DNA of 64,000 nt from Kiritimatiellia bacterium. GTDB taxonomy: Bacteria; Verrucomicrobiota; Kiritimatiellia; RFP12; UBA1067. The position numbers and the translations under genes were made by a program. The notes under the pieces were generated by a model. The model was not told where the DNA came from. It saw only the letters and a list, made by a program, of their open reading frames with translations, and did not search any database. Where the stretch lies: positions 51,316 to 115,315 of the forward strand of contig JAZUHK010000047.1 in the NCBI GenBank assembly GCA_045641645.1, given 5' to 3'. Positions 17,971 through 27,478 of the stretch are shown here, one piece after another (the first letter of the stretch is position 1; every line of letters starts with the position of its first letter).

Positions 17971-19388
17971 CCCTGATCGCCGGGCTGGACGTCGGCACGA
18001 CCGGCTGCAAGGTGACCGTGTTCACGGCCGAGGGCGAGAACCTCGGGCGTGAATATCGGGATTATCCCGTCCGCCGCGCCGTCGACGCCCAGGAGATCGA
18101 TGCCGCGCTGCTCGGCGAAAGCGTGCTCGCCTGCGTGAAGGCCGCCAAGGCGCGTTTCGGGCGGATCGAGGCGCTGGGAGTCACGAGTTTCGGCGAGGCG
18201 TTCGTCCTCACGGATGCGGAGGGGGTACCGCTGCGTCCGATCCTCCTGTGCACGGATGCGCGGGGCGCGGACGAGTGTCGCGCGTTTTGCGAGACCTTCG
18301 GCGCCGACCGTGCGGCGCAGATCGCGGGCGTGAAGCCGAGCGAGTCCTATTCCTTTCCGAAGCTGATGTGGGTGAAGGACCGCGAGCCGGAGATCTATGC
18401 CCGCGCCCGTCAGGTGATGCTGATCGAGGACTACGTCATTTATCTGCTGACGGGCAATCGGGTCATCGATTATTCGCTGGCAGCACGGACGGGGGCGTTC
18501 GACATCCGCGCGCTCCGCTGGAGCGACGCGATCCTTTCGGCGGCGGGGCTTGACGCGGACAAGTTCTCCACGCCCGTGCCGACGGGAACGGTCGCCGGCG
18601 TGACGGCGGACGGCATGAAGGTCGTCGCGGGCGGGCACGACCAAGTCGCCTGTGCCGTCGGCGCTGGCGTCTTCGCGCCCGGAGTCGCCGCCGAAGGGGC
18701 GGGGACGGTCGAGTGCGTGACGCCGGTCTTTGCCGCGATTCCGGAATCCGTGCGGTTTCAGGACGACAACTACTGTGTCGTTCCCTATTTCGGCAACTAT
18801 GTCTCGTATGCCTATTCCTACACGGGCGGCGAGCTTTTGCGCTGGTGCAAGGATGCGATCTGCAGGCGGGAGCACTCCGAACTGCAGGCAGGCGACTACT
18901 CGGGGCCGACGGGACTGCTGGTCCTGCCGCATTTCGCCGGGGCGGCGACGCCGTACATGGACTCCGGCTCGCGCGGCGCGGTGGTCGGGCTTTCCCTCGC
19001 GACCACCGACCGCGACCTCTATCTTGCGTGCATGGAGGCGGTGGCCTACGAGATGCGGCTCAATATGGAACGCCTTGCCGCGGCGGGGGTGACGTTCAAC
19101 CGCCTGGTCGCCACCGGCGGCGGAGCGAAGTCGAAGCTCTGGATGCAGATGAAGGCCGATGTCCTCGGGCTTCCGTTCGACACGCTGGAGACGGAAGACG
19201 CGGGCACGGTAGGGTGCGCGATGATGGCGGGGGTGGCGGCTGGCGTCTTCCGCGACCTGCCCGCGGCGCGGAAGACGATGGTGCGGGAGATCGGCACTTA
19301 CGAGCCGAACGCGGCGCGGCGTTCGGAATACGATTTGGTCTATCAACGTTACGAAAAACTGTATGATGCGGTGCGTCCGCTGGTGTAG
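17967..19388 (+). CDS. FGGY-family carbohydrate kinase
   Basis: N-terminal LIAGLDVGTTGCK and C-terminal GGGAKSKLWMQMKADVLGLP FGGY motifs. Confidence 0.8.
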   Translation: MTLIAGLDVGTTGCKVTVFTAEGENLGREYRDYPVRRAVDAQEIDAALLGESVLACVKAAKARFGRIEALGVTSFGEAFVLTDAEGVPLRPILLCTDARGADECRAFCETFGADRAAQIAGVKPSESYSFPKLMWVKDREPEIYARARQVMLIEDYVIYLLTGNRVIDYSLAARTGAFDIRALRWSDAILSAAGLDADKFSTPVPTGTVAGVTADGMKVVAGGHDQVACAVGAGVFAPGVAAEGAGTVECVTPVFAAIPESVRFQDDNYCVVPYFGNYVSYAYSYTGGELLRWCKDAICRREHSELQAGDYSGPTGLLVLPHFAGAATPYMDSGSRGAVVGLSLATTDRDLYLACMEAVAYEMRLNMERLAAAGVTFNRLVATGGGAKSKLWMQMKADVLGLPFDTLETEDAGTVGCAMMAGVAAGVFRDLPAARKTMVREIGTYEPNAARRSEYDLVYQRYEKLYDAVRPLV

Positions 19389-19391
19389 AAG

Positions 19392-20231
19392 ATGAAAGCG
19401 AAACTGCAAGAGGTCTTGGACTGGGCCGAGGCGCGGGAGTGTGCCGTCGGCGCGTTCAATACGCCGACCTTTGAGAATGTGACGGCGGTCATCGCCGCAG
19501 CGGAAAAGCTGGGGACTCCGGTCATCGTCTCGCATGCGGAGTTGCACGAAAACGAGGGCGCGCCCATCGACCGGATTGGGCCGATGATGCTTTGGGCGGC
19601 GGAACGGGCGAAAGTCCCCGTCTGCGTTTTCCTTGATCACGGCGAGACGATTGCGTACGTTAAGCACGCCGTCGATCTCGGCTTCACGGGCGTCATGTAC
19701 GACGCATCGCTCAAGTCCTACGAGGAGAATGTCGCCGGCACGAAGGAGATTGTCGCCTACGCTCACGCGCGCGGGGTGCAGGTCGAGGCGGAGATCGGTG
19801 CGCTCGCGACGCGCGAGGGCGGCGCGGATGGTGCCGGAGCTGCGGTCTATACCGAGCCGGAACTGGCGAAGCGGTTCGTCGCCGAAACGGGCATTGACGC
19901 GCTCGCCGCGTCCTTCGGTACGGCGCACGGCATCTACAAGGTGAAGCCGAAGCTCGACTTCGGCCGCATCCGCAGGATTCGCGAATTGACGGCGGTGCCG
20001 CTCGTGATGCACGGCGGGAGCGGCGTTTCGAGCGAGGATTACCGCACGGCGATTGGTTGCGGCGTCCGCAAGATCAACTACTATTCCTATATGGCGAGGG
20101 CGGGCAAGAACGCCGTCGCGGAGAAGCTTGCGGCGGAAGAGGTGACGTTTTTCCATGTGCTGGCGGCGGCCGCGCCCCCCGCCATGACCGAGGACGCGGC
20201 GAAGGCGATGGAGGTGTTTTGCGGACGATAA
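19392..20231 (+). CDS. Class II ketose-bisphosphate aldolase (FBA/tagatose-bisphosphate aldolase family)
   Basis: …AVGAFNTPTFE…LDHGE…MHGGSGVS… metal-dependent aldolase motifs. Confidence 0.75.
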   Translation: MKAKLQEVLDWAEARECAVGAFNTPTFENVTAVIAAAEKLGTPVIVSHAELHENEGAPIDRIGPMMLWAAERAKVPVCVFLDHGETIAYVKHAVDLGFTGVMYDASLKSYEENVAGTKEIVAYAHARGVQVEAEIGALATREGGADGAGAAVYTEPELAKRFVAETGIDALAASFGTAHGIYKVKPKLDFGRIRRIRELTAVPLVMHGGSGVSSEDYRTAIGCGVRKINYYSYMARAGKNAVAEKLAAEEVTFFHVLAAAAPPAMTEDAAKAMEVFCGR

Positions 20232-20310
20232 ATCGAAAAATTCCCCTCTTGCTTCTTGCTCAAACTTTTTTCGATTTTTCGTTTGTGAGCGGAGGGCGGG
20301 TGAGTCGCGA

Positions 20311-20400
20311 GGAGAAGAAGGTGGAGAAAGTCGGTGGAGGTGGACAGTGGTGGGGAGAAGAAGGTGGAGAAAGTAGGTGGAGGTGGAGAATGGTGGGGTT
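20311..20400. repeat. 45-bp tandem repeat x2 (gagaagaaggtggagaaagt[c/a]ggtggaggtgga[c/g]a[g/a]tggtgggg[a/t]) in a convergent intergenic region
   Basis: Seen directly; two units differ at 5 positions. Confidence 0.7.
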
Positions 20401-21535
20401 AGGATATGTTGGTGGAGTGGCGCCATTCGGTGGGGGTGAGGCCGGTTATGCGCTTGAAGGACCTGGTCATGTAGCTTGCGTTCGCGAAGCCGCAATTCCC
20501 GGCGATTTCGGCTATCGGCAGGTTTGTCGTTTTCAATAGCCGCTGCACCTGCGCAATGCGCGTCGAGAGGATGAAGGCGCCGATGGAAGTCCCCTTAAGC
20601 TGGCGGAACCGCAGTTCCGCGAGCCGCCGGGAGGTGCCCATGGCACGGGTGACGGAGAAGACCGAGATGCGCTGGTCGAAATTGGCGAGAATGAAGTCGA
20701 TGCCGATCTGGACCAGCGAAGAGGGCGAGGTGTCGGTCCGGGTGGAGGCGCGGACGATGACTTCCTTGTTGGGAACGAATTTCGGCTTCCAGACCGCCGC
20801 CCGAGGATTGCGCAGGAGGCGGTCGAGTTCCCTGGCGGCGACAAACCCCTCTTGCTCGAAGTCAGGCGCGATGCTGGAGAGCGTCGGCTTGCAGTAGCTG
20901 CAAAGGAAGACGTCGTTGTCAACGCCAAGCAGCGCCACCTGCCCGGGGACGTCGAGATGGGCGTCCCTGCAGACGTTCAGGACATCGGAGGCGCATTTAT
21001 CGTTGGCACAGAATACGGCCAGGGGCTTGGGGGCCGACGCCAGTCGCTTCGTCAGGGCCACGCCGTCATCGGTGGCGGGATGGGGAAGGACGAAGAACCG
21101 CTTCTTGCGGCGCGTTACTAATTTACGAAAGGCGGTTTCGCGAATCGCCGACCATTCGTTGAGAAGGGGATCGCGGACATAGAGATAGGCGTTGAATCTG
21201 CCCATCGCGTCGAAATGCGCCAGGGCCTTTTCCGCGATTTCCCGGTTGTTGACCTTGATATGCGCGACGCGAGCGGCGGCGGGAAAGATCTTGGCGTCGA
21301 TGTCGATGGCGACGGTCGGCACCTTGGCCGCCGCCAATTGTGCGGCTTCGGCGGCGTGCCATTCGTCGGCGATGCAGCCGTCGAAGCCGCCGGGCGCGGA
21401 AGGGCCGGGAAGGATTGACGTCTCCCAGACGGTATTGAGGGTGCGAAGGTGACGGAAGATGCCGATGATTCGCGCTTGATTGCAGGCGGTGCGGATGTCC
21501 AGCATCAGGGCGATGGAGAGCTTGCGGTTCCTCAT
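20399..21535 (-). CDS. XylR-type hybrid regulator (periplasmic-binding-protein-like sensor domain fused to an AraC-family HTH)
   Basis: C-terminal …IAEIAGNCGFANASYMTRSFKRITGLTPTEWR is an AraC HTH; the N-terminal ~270 aa is LacI/PBP-like. Confidence 0.7.
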   Translation of the reverse strand: MRNRKLSIALMLDIRTACNQARIIGIFRHLRTLNTVWETSILPGPSAPGGFDGCIADEWHAAEAAQLAAAKVPTVAIDIDAKIFPAAARVAHIKVNNREIAEKALAHFDAMGRFNAYLYVRDPLLNEWSAIRETAFRKLVTRRKKRFFVLPHPATDDGVALTKRLASAPKPLAVFCANDKCASDVLNVCRDAHLDVPGQVALLGVDNDVFLCSYCKPTLSSIAPDFEQEGFVAARELDRLLRNPRAAVWKPKFVPNKEVIVRASTRTDTSPSSLVQIGIDFILANFDQRISVFSVTRAMGTSRRLAELRFRQLKGTSIGAFILSTRIAQVQRLLKTTNLPIAEIAGNCGFANASYMTRSFKRITGLTPTEWRHSTNIS

Positions 21536-21650
21536 GGCGGGAATTATAGCATATTATCGCGGCTGTTTGCGCAAAAGTGATAATATTTTTTGCGCCAAAA
21601 TGATATCAGGTTTGTAATATAATATCCGCTGAATGGAAGCTGGAGGTTCT

Positions 21651-23705
21651 ATGCATCTGAAAAACGCTGCCAAGATCGTCGGTGCGGTCGGAGTCGCAAT
21701 CTGCATTGCGCAGAGCGCGGTTGCCAAGATTTCGACTGCGTCCTATGTGCAGGAGGGCTTGGTTGCCTGTTGGGACGGCTATGAGAATGCTGGCTCAAGC
21801 GGCGAGCATGTGGATACGCTGCCGAACGGCCAATGGCGCGATACCATCGGTGACATTCCGTTTGCGATGTCCGGGGTAACCATTGAGTGCGATGGTATAG
21901 TTTTCGCTGGCACCAGCAGTTCCTATGGTGAGCTGACCTCGGCTAATGCCGCGAGCACCTTCAATACCTGTGCCTCACAGGGTACACTGGAAATCGTCTA
22001 TGTCGCGAATTCGACCGCTAGCCAAATGCTCTTGCAGGGTAATTCCACCGCCGGCATATCCATCGGCTCGCTGGAAGGATCTGCGAAGTTCATCTGTTGG
22101 ACCGGTAATTCCAAGAAGAATTACTTTAACCTACCTTCGGGAAGCAGTTGGATTACGGATACGAATACAGTGGCGGTCACTTATTCGAGTTCCAATCCGC
22201 AAAACTTCTATATCAATTCCGTGAGTGGCACTTCGGCCGGCTCCGATCAGTATTGGGGAGGTCCGGCAAGTTCGATTTTCGTCGGCAAGCGGAACACTAA
22301 TAATATGTTGTTCAGCGGCAAGATCTATGCAATTCGTCTTTATAGCCAGGTGCTGACGGCGGAACAGCTCGCCGCCAATCGCGCGGTGGACGTCAAGCGA
22401 TTCATCGATCCGCCGCTTGAGAACGGCGAGCTACAGGTGCTATCGCTGGATGGCGTGCAGGGCGAAACCCAGCCGGCGATGGGGATTACCACCGGGTATG
22501 AGGTAGGGGAGATGGTGAATTTCAGCTGGAACGGAGCGGATGGTTTGCCGCGCCGCTGGACGGTACTCAATTGCGATGACGGCGAATGGAAGGTGGTCAA
22601 GCACGGTTATGGACAACGGGGGTCGCTTATTTATATGGAGGGCGGTATGCGGATTGCGTGGGATGGGGAGAAGGAGCGCGCCTCACCGATCTGCCGCTGG
22701 ACGTTCGACGACCAGACGGGGCGGAATACTGGCAGCTTGGGCGCGGACGGCGATTTGGAATTTTCGGGGAGCGTTTCTGCCGCCAACGGTTATCTGACGA
22801 TTCCTAACAATCAGCAATCCTTTGCCAATACGGCGGCGGCGGTTCCCTTGTCGACGGCCAACGGGGTGACGGTCGGATTCTGGGTGCGGAACCTGACGAG
22901 AAGGGACGCGGCGGTCTTTGAGTTATCACCGTATTACGGAAGTAACGCGGGGTGCTTTGGCGGCTGGTGGGGCGCCGATCATATATGGTCTGGGGCTTTC
23001 CGAGCGGTGCTGGGCAGTAATTCTGGGCAATCGATCGTGCAGTATTCGCTGTCGGCAAGTCAAGATGTGATGGCGGACGGTCAATGGCATTTCGCCACCT
23101 TCGTTTTCCGCAAGGCGACATGGCCGAATATCGAGATATACCTTGACGGGCAGGCGCTCTCGGATAAGGTGAGCGCGAGTAAGTATTATGATTATGTTGG
23201 AGACACCTCGAACGCGACATTCGCCGACGATCAGAGGTTTTATCTGGGTTATTATGACGGGAAGAATTCGGCGTATGGTGATTTTGACGAAATGGCGATT
23301 TATCCGCAGGAGTTGGTGAAGGAGGAGGTGGAAGAGCTTTATCAGCAGGAACGCAGAGCTGGCAAGGTGGTGCCGTTTGTGCCGTCGGCGGAGGAGAATC
23401 TGCTGATGGTGACGGTGCGGGGAGTGGTGCCGAGCGAGGAGTTGCCGACACCGATGCTGGACACTTTCATCGAGTGTGAGGAAGGCGAGGTGCAGTCGTT
23501 CGATTTCCGGCGGCAGGCGTTTACGGTGGAAGGCCGCAAGCGCAAGGTGGCGTTGATGAGATGGACGCTTTATCGCCATGTCGAGGGTGAGTGGACGGCG
23601 GATGCGGCGGGAACGAATCGGCTGATTGAGTTCGTGCATCCTGGCGGGGCGGTTAAACTGGAACTGGAGTTCGGAGTTCCTTCGACGGTGCTTTATTTGA
23701 AGTAG
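21651..23705 (+). CDS. Secreted protein with two LamG/concanavalin-like domains
   Basis: Signal peptide, then …LFSGKIYAIRLYSQVLTAEQLAANRA… and …DFDEMAIYPQELVKEEVEELYQ…, which are typical LamG jelly-roll C-terminal strands. Confidence 0.55.
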   Translation: MHLKNAAKIVGAVGVAICIAQSAVAKISTASYVQEGLVACWDGYENAGSSGEHVDTLPNGQWRDTIGDIPFAMSGVTIECDGIVFAGTSSSYGELTSANAASTFNTCASQGTLEIVYVANSTASQMLLQGNSTAGISIGSLEGSAKFICWTGNSKKNYFNLPSGSSWITDTNTVAVTYSSSNPQNFYINSVSGTSAGSDQYWGGPASSIFVGKRNTNNMLFSGKIYAIRLYSQVLTAEQLAANRAVDVKRFIDPPLENGELQVLSLDGVQGETQPAMGITTGYEVGEMVNFSWNGADGLPRRWTVLNCDDGEWKVVKHGYGQRGSLIYMEGGMRIAWDGEKERASPICRWTFDDQTGRNTGSLGADGDLEFSGSVSAANGYLTIPNNQQSFANTAAAVPLSTANGVTVGFWVRNLTRRDAAVFELSPYYGSNAGCFGGWWGADHIWSGAFRAVLGSNSGQSIVQYSLSASQDVMADGQWHFATFVFRKATWPNIEIYLDGQALSDKVSASKYYDYVGDTSNATFADDQRFYLGYYDGKNSAYGDFDEMAIYPQELVKEEVEELYQQERRAGKVVPFVPSAEENLLMVTVRGVVPSEELPTPMLDTFIECEEGEVQSFDFRRQAFTVEGRKRKVALMRWTLYRHVEGEWTADAAGTNRLIEFVHPGGAVKLELEFGVPSTVLYLK

Positions 23706-23745
23706 AAACAGTTGGAGCCGGAGCGAGGAGTCGGGAGTCGAAAAA

Positions 23746-26634
23746 ATGATGACAGGGGTGATGATGGTGGCGGTGCTCGCCGTGGGGAATGCCGCGTGGA
23801 GCGGGCGCGAGTCGCATCCGGCGGTGGTCAATCCGGTTTGCGGTTACGAAGAGGGCACGGTTGTTGATCTGGGCGGCGAATGGGAGTTTATGGCGCGCGG
23901 TGCTGCGGCCGATCGCCACCAGTTCTTCCGTCAGATCGAATATGACCGTGATTGGCCCGATGCGCGGAAGCTGCGTGTGCCCGGCAATTGGGAGGCGCAG
24001 GGCGTCGGGAAATCTGTACCGAAACAGGAACGCCGCACCTATGACGGCTACCGCCAGCTGCCGCTGAACCACTATTTCAACGGCCACGGTTGGTATCGGC
24101 GGACGGTGAAGATCCCCTCGGCATGGCAGGACCGCCGCATTTGGCTTAAGGTGGGCGGAGTTACCAGCGAGGGGTGGTTCTGGGTGAACGGACAGCCAGT
24201 CGCGCATGTCCTCGATTACTGCGCGACGCGCAAGTTCGAAATTACCGATCTCGTGAAGCCCGGCGAAGACGCGCGGCTGGTCGTCGAGGTTTCCAATGCC
24301 GGCGTCTCGAAGCACGGCTATCGCGACGCCTGTGGCATCTGGGGCGGAATCACGCGGGCGCTGGAGTTGGAGGCGACACCGCCGACCTTCATTGACGATG
24401 CGTGGGTGCGGGGCGATTTTGACCGGCAGGAGGCCGAGGTGCACGTCGAGGTCAATTGTTCGGATTGTTCAGATTGTTCGGATTGTTCGATTGGGGGGAG
24501 CGGGTCTTGGGCGGTTCGGGTGGAAATCGAGGGCAAGGTCGTTGAACAGGCAATCAAGCAATCGAACAATCCGAACAATCGAACAATTACGAGGGTTCCG
24601 CTTCGTAAGTTTCGGGCGTGGTCGCCGGAGTGTCCTAACCTCTACACGGCGCGGGTGGAGCTGGTCGTCGGCGGCAAGACGGTGCAGACGCGGTTGGAGC
24701 GGTTCGGCGTGCGTAAGCTGGAAGTGCGCGGGCGGGACATTTATCTCAACAATCTGCCGTTTTTCTGGCGGGGCGTCGGTTTCCATGAAATCGATCCGAT
24801 TCTCGGACAGCATCCAGCGGACCGCGGCTATTACCGCGACCGGGTGGCGAAAATCCGCGCCTGCGGTTTCAATGCGGTGCGGCTGCATACGCATTGCGAG
24901 TCGGCCGAGTTCTTCGAGGCCGCCGACGAGCTGGGGCTGATGGTTCAGGCGGAGCTGCCGTATTACGGCGATCATCCCGTTAATTACGCGCCGTTCGATC
25001 CGTTAGGTGATGCCGAGGAACTGTATCTGAACTTCCGGCGGTATCCGTCGTTCGCCGTCTATTCGGGCGGCAACGAGGGCTCGTTCGGACCGGTGCTGGG
25101 CAGGCGTTTCTACGATGAAGTCAAGGCGCGCGATCCCGATCGGCTGGTTCTTGAGCAGACGACGATGGGGTATACGCAGTGGCCGGAGCGCGGGCATGTG
25201 GGGACTACCGACTTCGTCTCGCAGCCGACGGAGATTTGGCCGCGCGGACAGTTGAACCCCGATCGTCCGCTGCTTGCGCACGAGTACATGAATCTCGCGA
25301 TCAAGCTGGATACGCGGCTTGAGGATCGTTATACGGGAGTATGGCGGGTGCCGCAGAAGCAGTCTGATCGTGACGCCTGGCTCGCGCGGTTCGGCCTTGA
25401 TCGCGCCTTTGGCGATCGGCTGCAGGATGCTCAGCACGCGCTGCAGGCGCTCTGGCAGAAGCGCGGCATCGAGGCGGCGCGCAAGGATCCTTACTGCGAC
25501 GGCTATTATTTCTGGTCGATGCTGGATGCGACCTGCATCAACATGATCGGCTGGACGGGCATGATCGACTGGGACAACGAGACGTATATGGCGCAGGGCG
25601 TCTTGAATGCGTTTTTCGAGGAGAAGCAGGGCGGGCAGACGATGGCGGGGTTTGCGGTCTTCAATTCACCAGTCGGAGTTTTCGCGGATACCGAGCCCGA
25701 GGATCTGCAGGTTTATGCCGGCGATCGGATCAAGGCGAAGGTGTGGCTGGCGAATTACGGCGAGGAGACGCTCAAGGCGGCGCGGCTCGATTGGCGGCTT
25801 ACGGATGCGCTGGGCGCGGTGTTGGCATCGGGCTTCAGGTCGATCGGGGATCGTCCGGTCGGAGCGGTCGCCGAGGTTGCTGCGCTCAATTTTGCCGCGC
25901 CCGAGGTCAAGGCGCCGACGGCGGCGAAACTGGAGGTGGCGATCGCCGGGCACGCGAACAGCTGGCCGTGCTGGCTCTTTCCGCGACGGGCGCGGCGCGA
26001 CGGACGAGATTTGGCGGTATGTGGGCGGATGCAGGCGGCGGTGGCGGCGTCCTATCAGGGGGTGCTACCGCCGGAGCGGGCGGCGGAGGCGAAGGTGGTG
26101 ATTGCCGATTACGGCTCGCCGGAGGCCGCCGCGGCGCTTCAGCGGGGGCAGTCGCTCATCGAGGTTGGCGGGATGGACGGAGCGTCGAATGTGGAGCTCG
26201 GCTGGTGGTTCTTCGACGGCATCGCCGGCGCGGTCTTCGACGTGAAGAGTCCGATGCTTAAGTATCTGCCGCCGTCGCCGACGCTCTCGACGCTGCATTT
26301 CCGGATTTTCAAGCAGGGTCTGCGCCTGCCGATCGAGGGCTTCGGGCAGGAGGGGCTGATCGCGGTCAGCGACGAGGCCAAAGGGTGCTTCGTGAATCTC
26401 GCCGAGCGGGCGCTGATGAACGGTGCGCGGCATTTGCTCGCCTACGGACTCGCGGTTGATGAACCGTTGCCGGAGGCGTTGGCGATTTTGGACGGTCTCA
26501 TCGATCGCGCGAGGATGCCGGTTGCCGCAGACGAGCGGCGGAGCGGCGGCGGGAGCGTCGGTGTGCGAGGGATGGCAACGGGCGGGCGGACCTCGTCGGC
26601 AGATGGGCAGGCGGGCGGCAAGGGTCGTGAGTAA
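23746..26634 (+). CDS. Glycoside hydrolase family 2 (beta-galactosidase / beta-glucuronidase-like), 962 aa
   Basis: …CPNLYTARVELVVGGKTVQTRLERFGVRKLEVRG…NLPFFWRGVGFHE… and a TIM-barrel block …NAVRLHTHCESAEFFEAADELGLMVQAELPYYG…. Confidence 0.75.
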   Translation: MMTGVMMVAVLAVGNAAWSGRESHPAVVNPVCGYEEGTVVDLGGEWEFMARGAAADRHQFFRQIEYDRDWPDARKLRVPGNWEAQGVGKSVPKQERRTYDGYRQLPLNHYFNGHGWYRRTVKIPSAWQDRRIWLKVGGVTSEGWFWVNGQPVAHVLDYCATRKFEITDLVKPGEDARLVVEVSNAGVSKHGYRDACGIWGGITRALELEATPPTFIDDAWVRGDFDRQEAEVHVEVNCSDCSDCSDCSIGGSGSWAVRVEIEGKVVEQAIKQSNNPNNRTITRVPLRKFRAWSPECPNLYTARVELVVGGKTVQTRLERFGVRKLEVRGRDIYLNNLPFFWRGVGFHEIDPILGQHPADRGYYRDRVAKIRACGFNAVRLHTHCESAEFFEAADELGLMVQAELPYYGDHPVNYAPFDPLGDAEELYLNFRRYPSFAVYSGGNEGSFGPVLGRRFYDEVKARDPDRLVLEQTTMGYTQWPERGHVGTTDFVSQPTEIWPRGQLNPDRPLLAHEYMNLAIKLDTRLEDRYTGVWRVPQKQSDRDAWLARFGLDRAFGDRLQDAQHALQALWQKRGIEAARKDPYCDGYYFWSMLDATCINMIGWTGMIDWDNETYMAQGVLNAFFEEKQGGQTMAGFAVFNSPVGVFADTEPEDLQVYAGDRIKAKVWLANYGEETLKAARLDWRLTDALGAVLASGFRSIGDRPVGAVAEVAALNFAAPEVKAPTAAKLEVAIAGHANSWPCWLFPRRARRDGRDLAVCGRMQAAVAASYQGVLPPERAAEAKVVIADYGSPEAAAALQRGQSLIEVGGMDGASNVELGWWFFDGIAGAVFDVKSPMLKYLPPSPTLSTLHFRIFKQGLRLPIEGFGQEGLIAVSDEAKGCFVNLAERALMNGARHLLAYGLAVDEPLPEALAILDGLIDRARMPVAADERRSGGGSVGVRGMATGGRTSSADGQAGGKGRE
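24454..24590. repeat. Imperfect ~40-bp inverted repeat (gattgttcg-type 9-bp units on one arm, their reverse complement on the other) inside the GH2 coding region
   Basis: Arm 1 is caattgttcggattgttcagattgttcggattgttcgattg and arm 2 is caatcaagcaatcgaacaatccgaacaatcgaacaattac. They encode CSDCSDCSDCS and QSNNPNNRT in frame. Confidence 0.75.
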
Positions 26635-26806
26635 GCCGGGTTTAGAGCAACTGGGGCATCAGGATCAGCTCCTTGTGCCACATCCTCGGCCTCATCCTCA
26701 TCTTCAACAAGAGGTAAGGATTTCGGTCCGCAGTGTTGGCTGGATCGTTGAGTGCGAGTTCGTAAGAAAAGGCCAACAGGTCATACTTGACCTTGTGGGT
26801 CATAAT

Positions 26807-26815
26807 ATGGTATGA
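26807..26815 (+). promoter_or_regulatory. -10-like TGGTATGAT upstream of the antitoxin gene
   Basis: ataatatggtatgatcttc, ~28 nt before the ATG. Confidence 0.3.
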
Positions 26816-26842
26816 TCTTCTCCTGAAGAGGGGGATTATTCC

Positions 26843-27073
26843 ATGCCGATGACAATGAGCATCAATGAGGCGAAGGCGAATTTCTCGGGTATGCTATCCG
26901 AGGTGGAGTCGCAGCTCGCGTCGTTCACGATCTTGAAATACGGACGGCCCATTGCGCGAATTGTTCCAATCGAGCGCACCCGCAGGATACGTCCGCTTCC
27001 GGGATACGGTCAGAAGATTGCGATCAAGGGTGATATCTTCGCGGATGACTCGGCCTTGTGGGAGAACGCCTGA
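26843..27073 (+). CDS. Type II antitoxin, Phd/YefM family
   Basis: 76 aa, …SINEAKANFSGMLSEVE…RPIARIVP…; overlaps the downstream PIN gene. Confidence 0.7.
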   Translation: MPMTMSINEAKANFSGMLSEVESQLASFTILKYGRPIARIVPIERTRRIRPLPGYGQKIAIKGDIFADDSALWENA

Positions 27074-27456
27074 TGAGTTATCTTCTCGATACCTGCGCGC
27101 TCATCTGGCTCGGGATGGGCGGCGGCGACTTGAGCGCGGATGCGAGAAAACGGATTTCCGTTGCGTCGGCCTTGCATTATTCCTCCATTTCCGCTTGGGA
27201 GATTGCGCGGCTCCAGCAGGAGGGGAAGATTGTTATTCCGAATACGCCGGACGGGTTCCTGTCGGACTTAGCGAACCAGTACGGGCTTTCGGCGATTCCG
27301 CCGACCGATGACATCATGATCCGTGCGGCGCAGCTGCCTCTGCACCATCGCGATCCGGCGGACCGCATCATCATCGCGACATCACTCGTGCACGATCTCA
27401 TAATTGTTACCGGCGATGAGAAATTCGCGCAGTACGGCATGCGTACGATTTGCTGA
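27058..27456 (+). CDS. vapC: PIN-domain toxin VapC
   Basis: MSYLLDTCALIW… N-terminus with the acidic PIN residues D6 and D…; 132 aa. Confidence 0.75.
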   Translation: MGERLMSYLLDTCALIWLGMGGGDLSADARKRISVASALHYSSISAWEIARLQQEGKIVIPNTPDGFLSDLANQYGLSAIPPTDDIMIRAAQLPLHHRDPADRIIIATSLVHDLIIVTGDEKFAQYGMRTIC

Positions 27457-27478
27457 GGAAAGGGAGGTAAGGAGAAAT

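Noticed and set aside
20231-20400. Possible CRISPR array
   Set aside because: Only two repeat units with no spacers of unique sequence and no cas genes; this is a simple tandem duplication.
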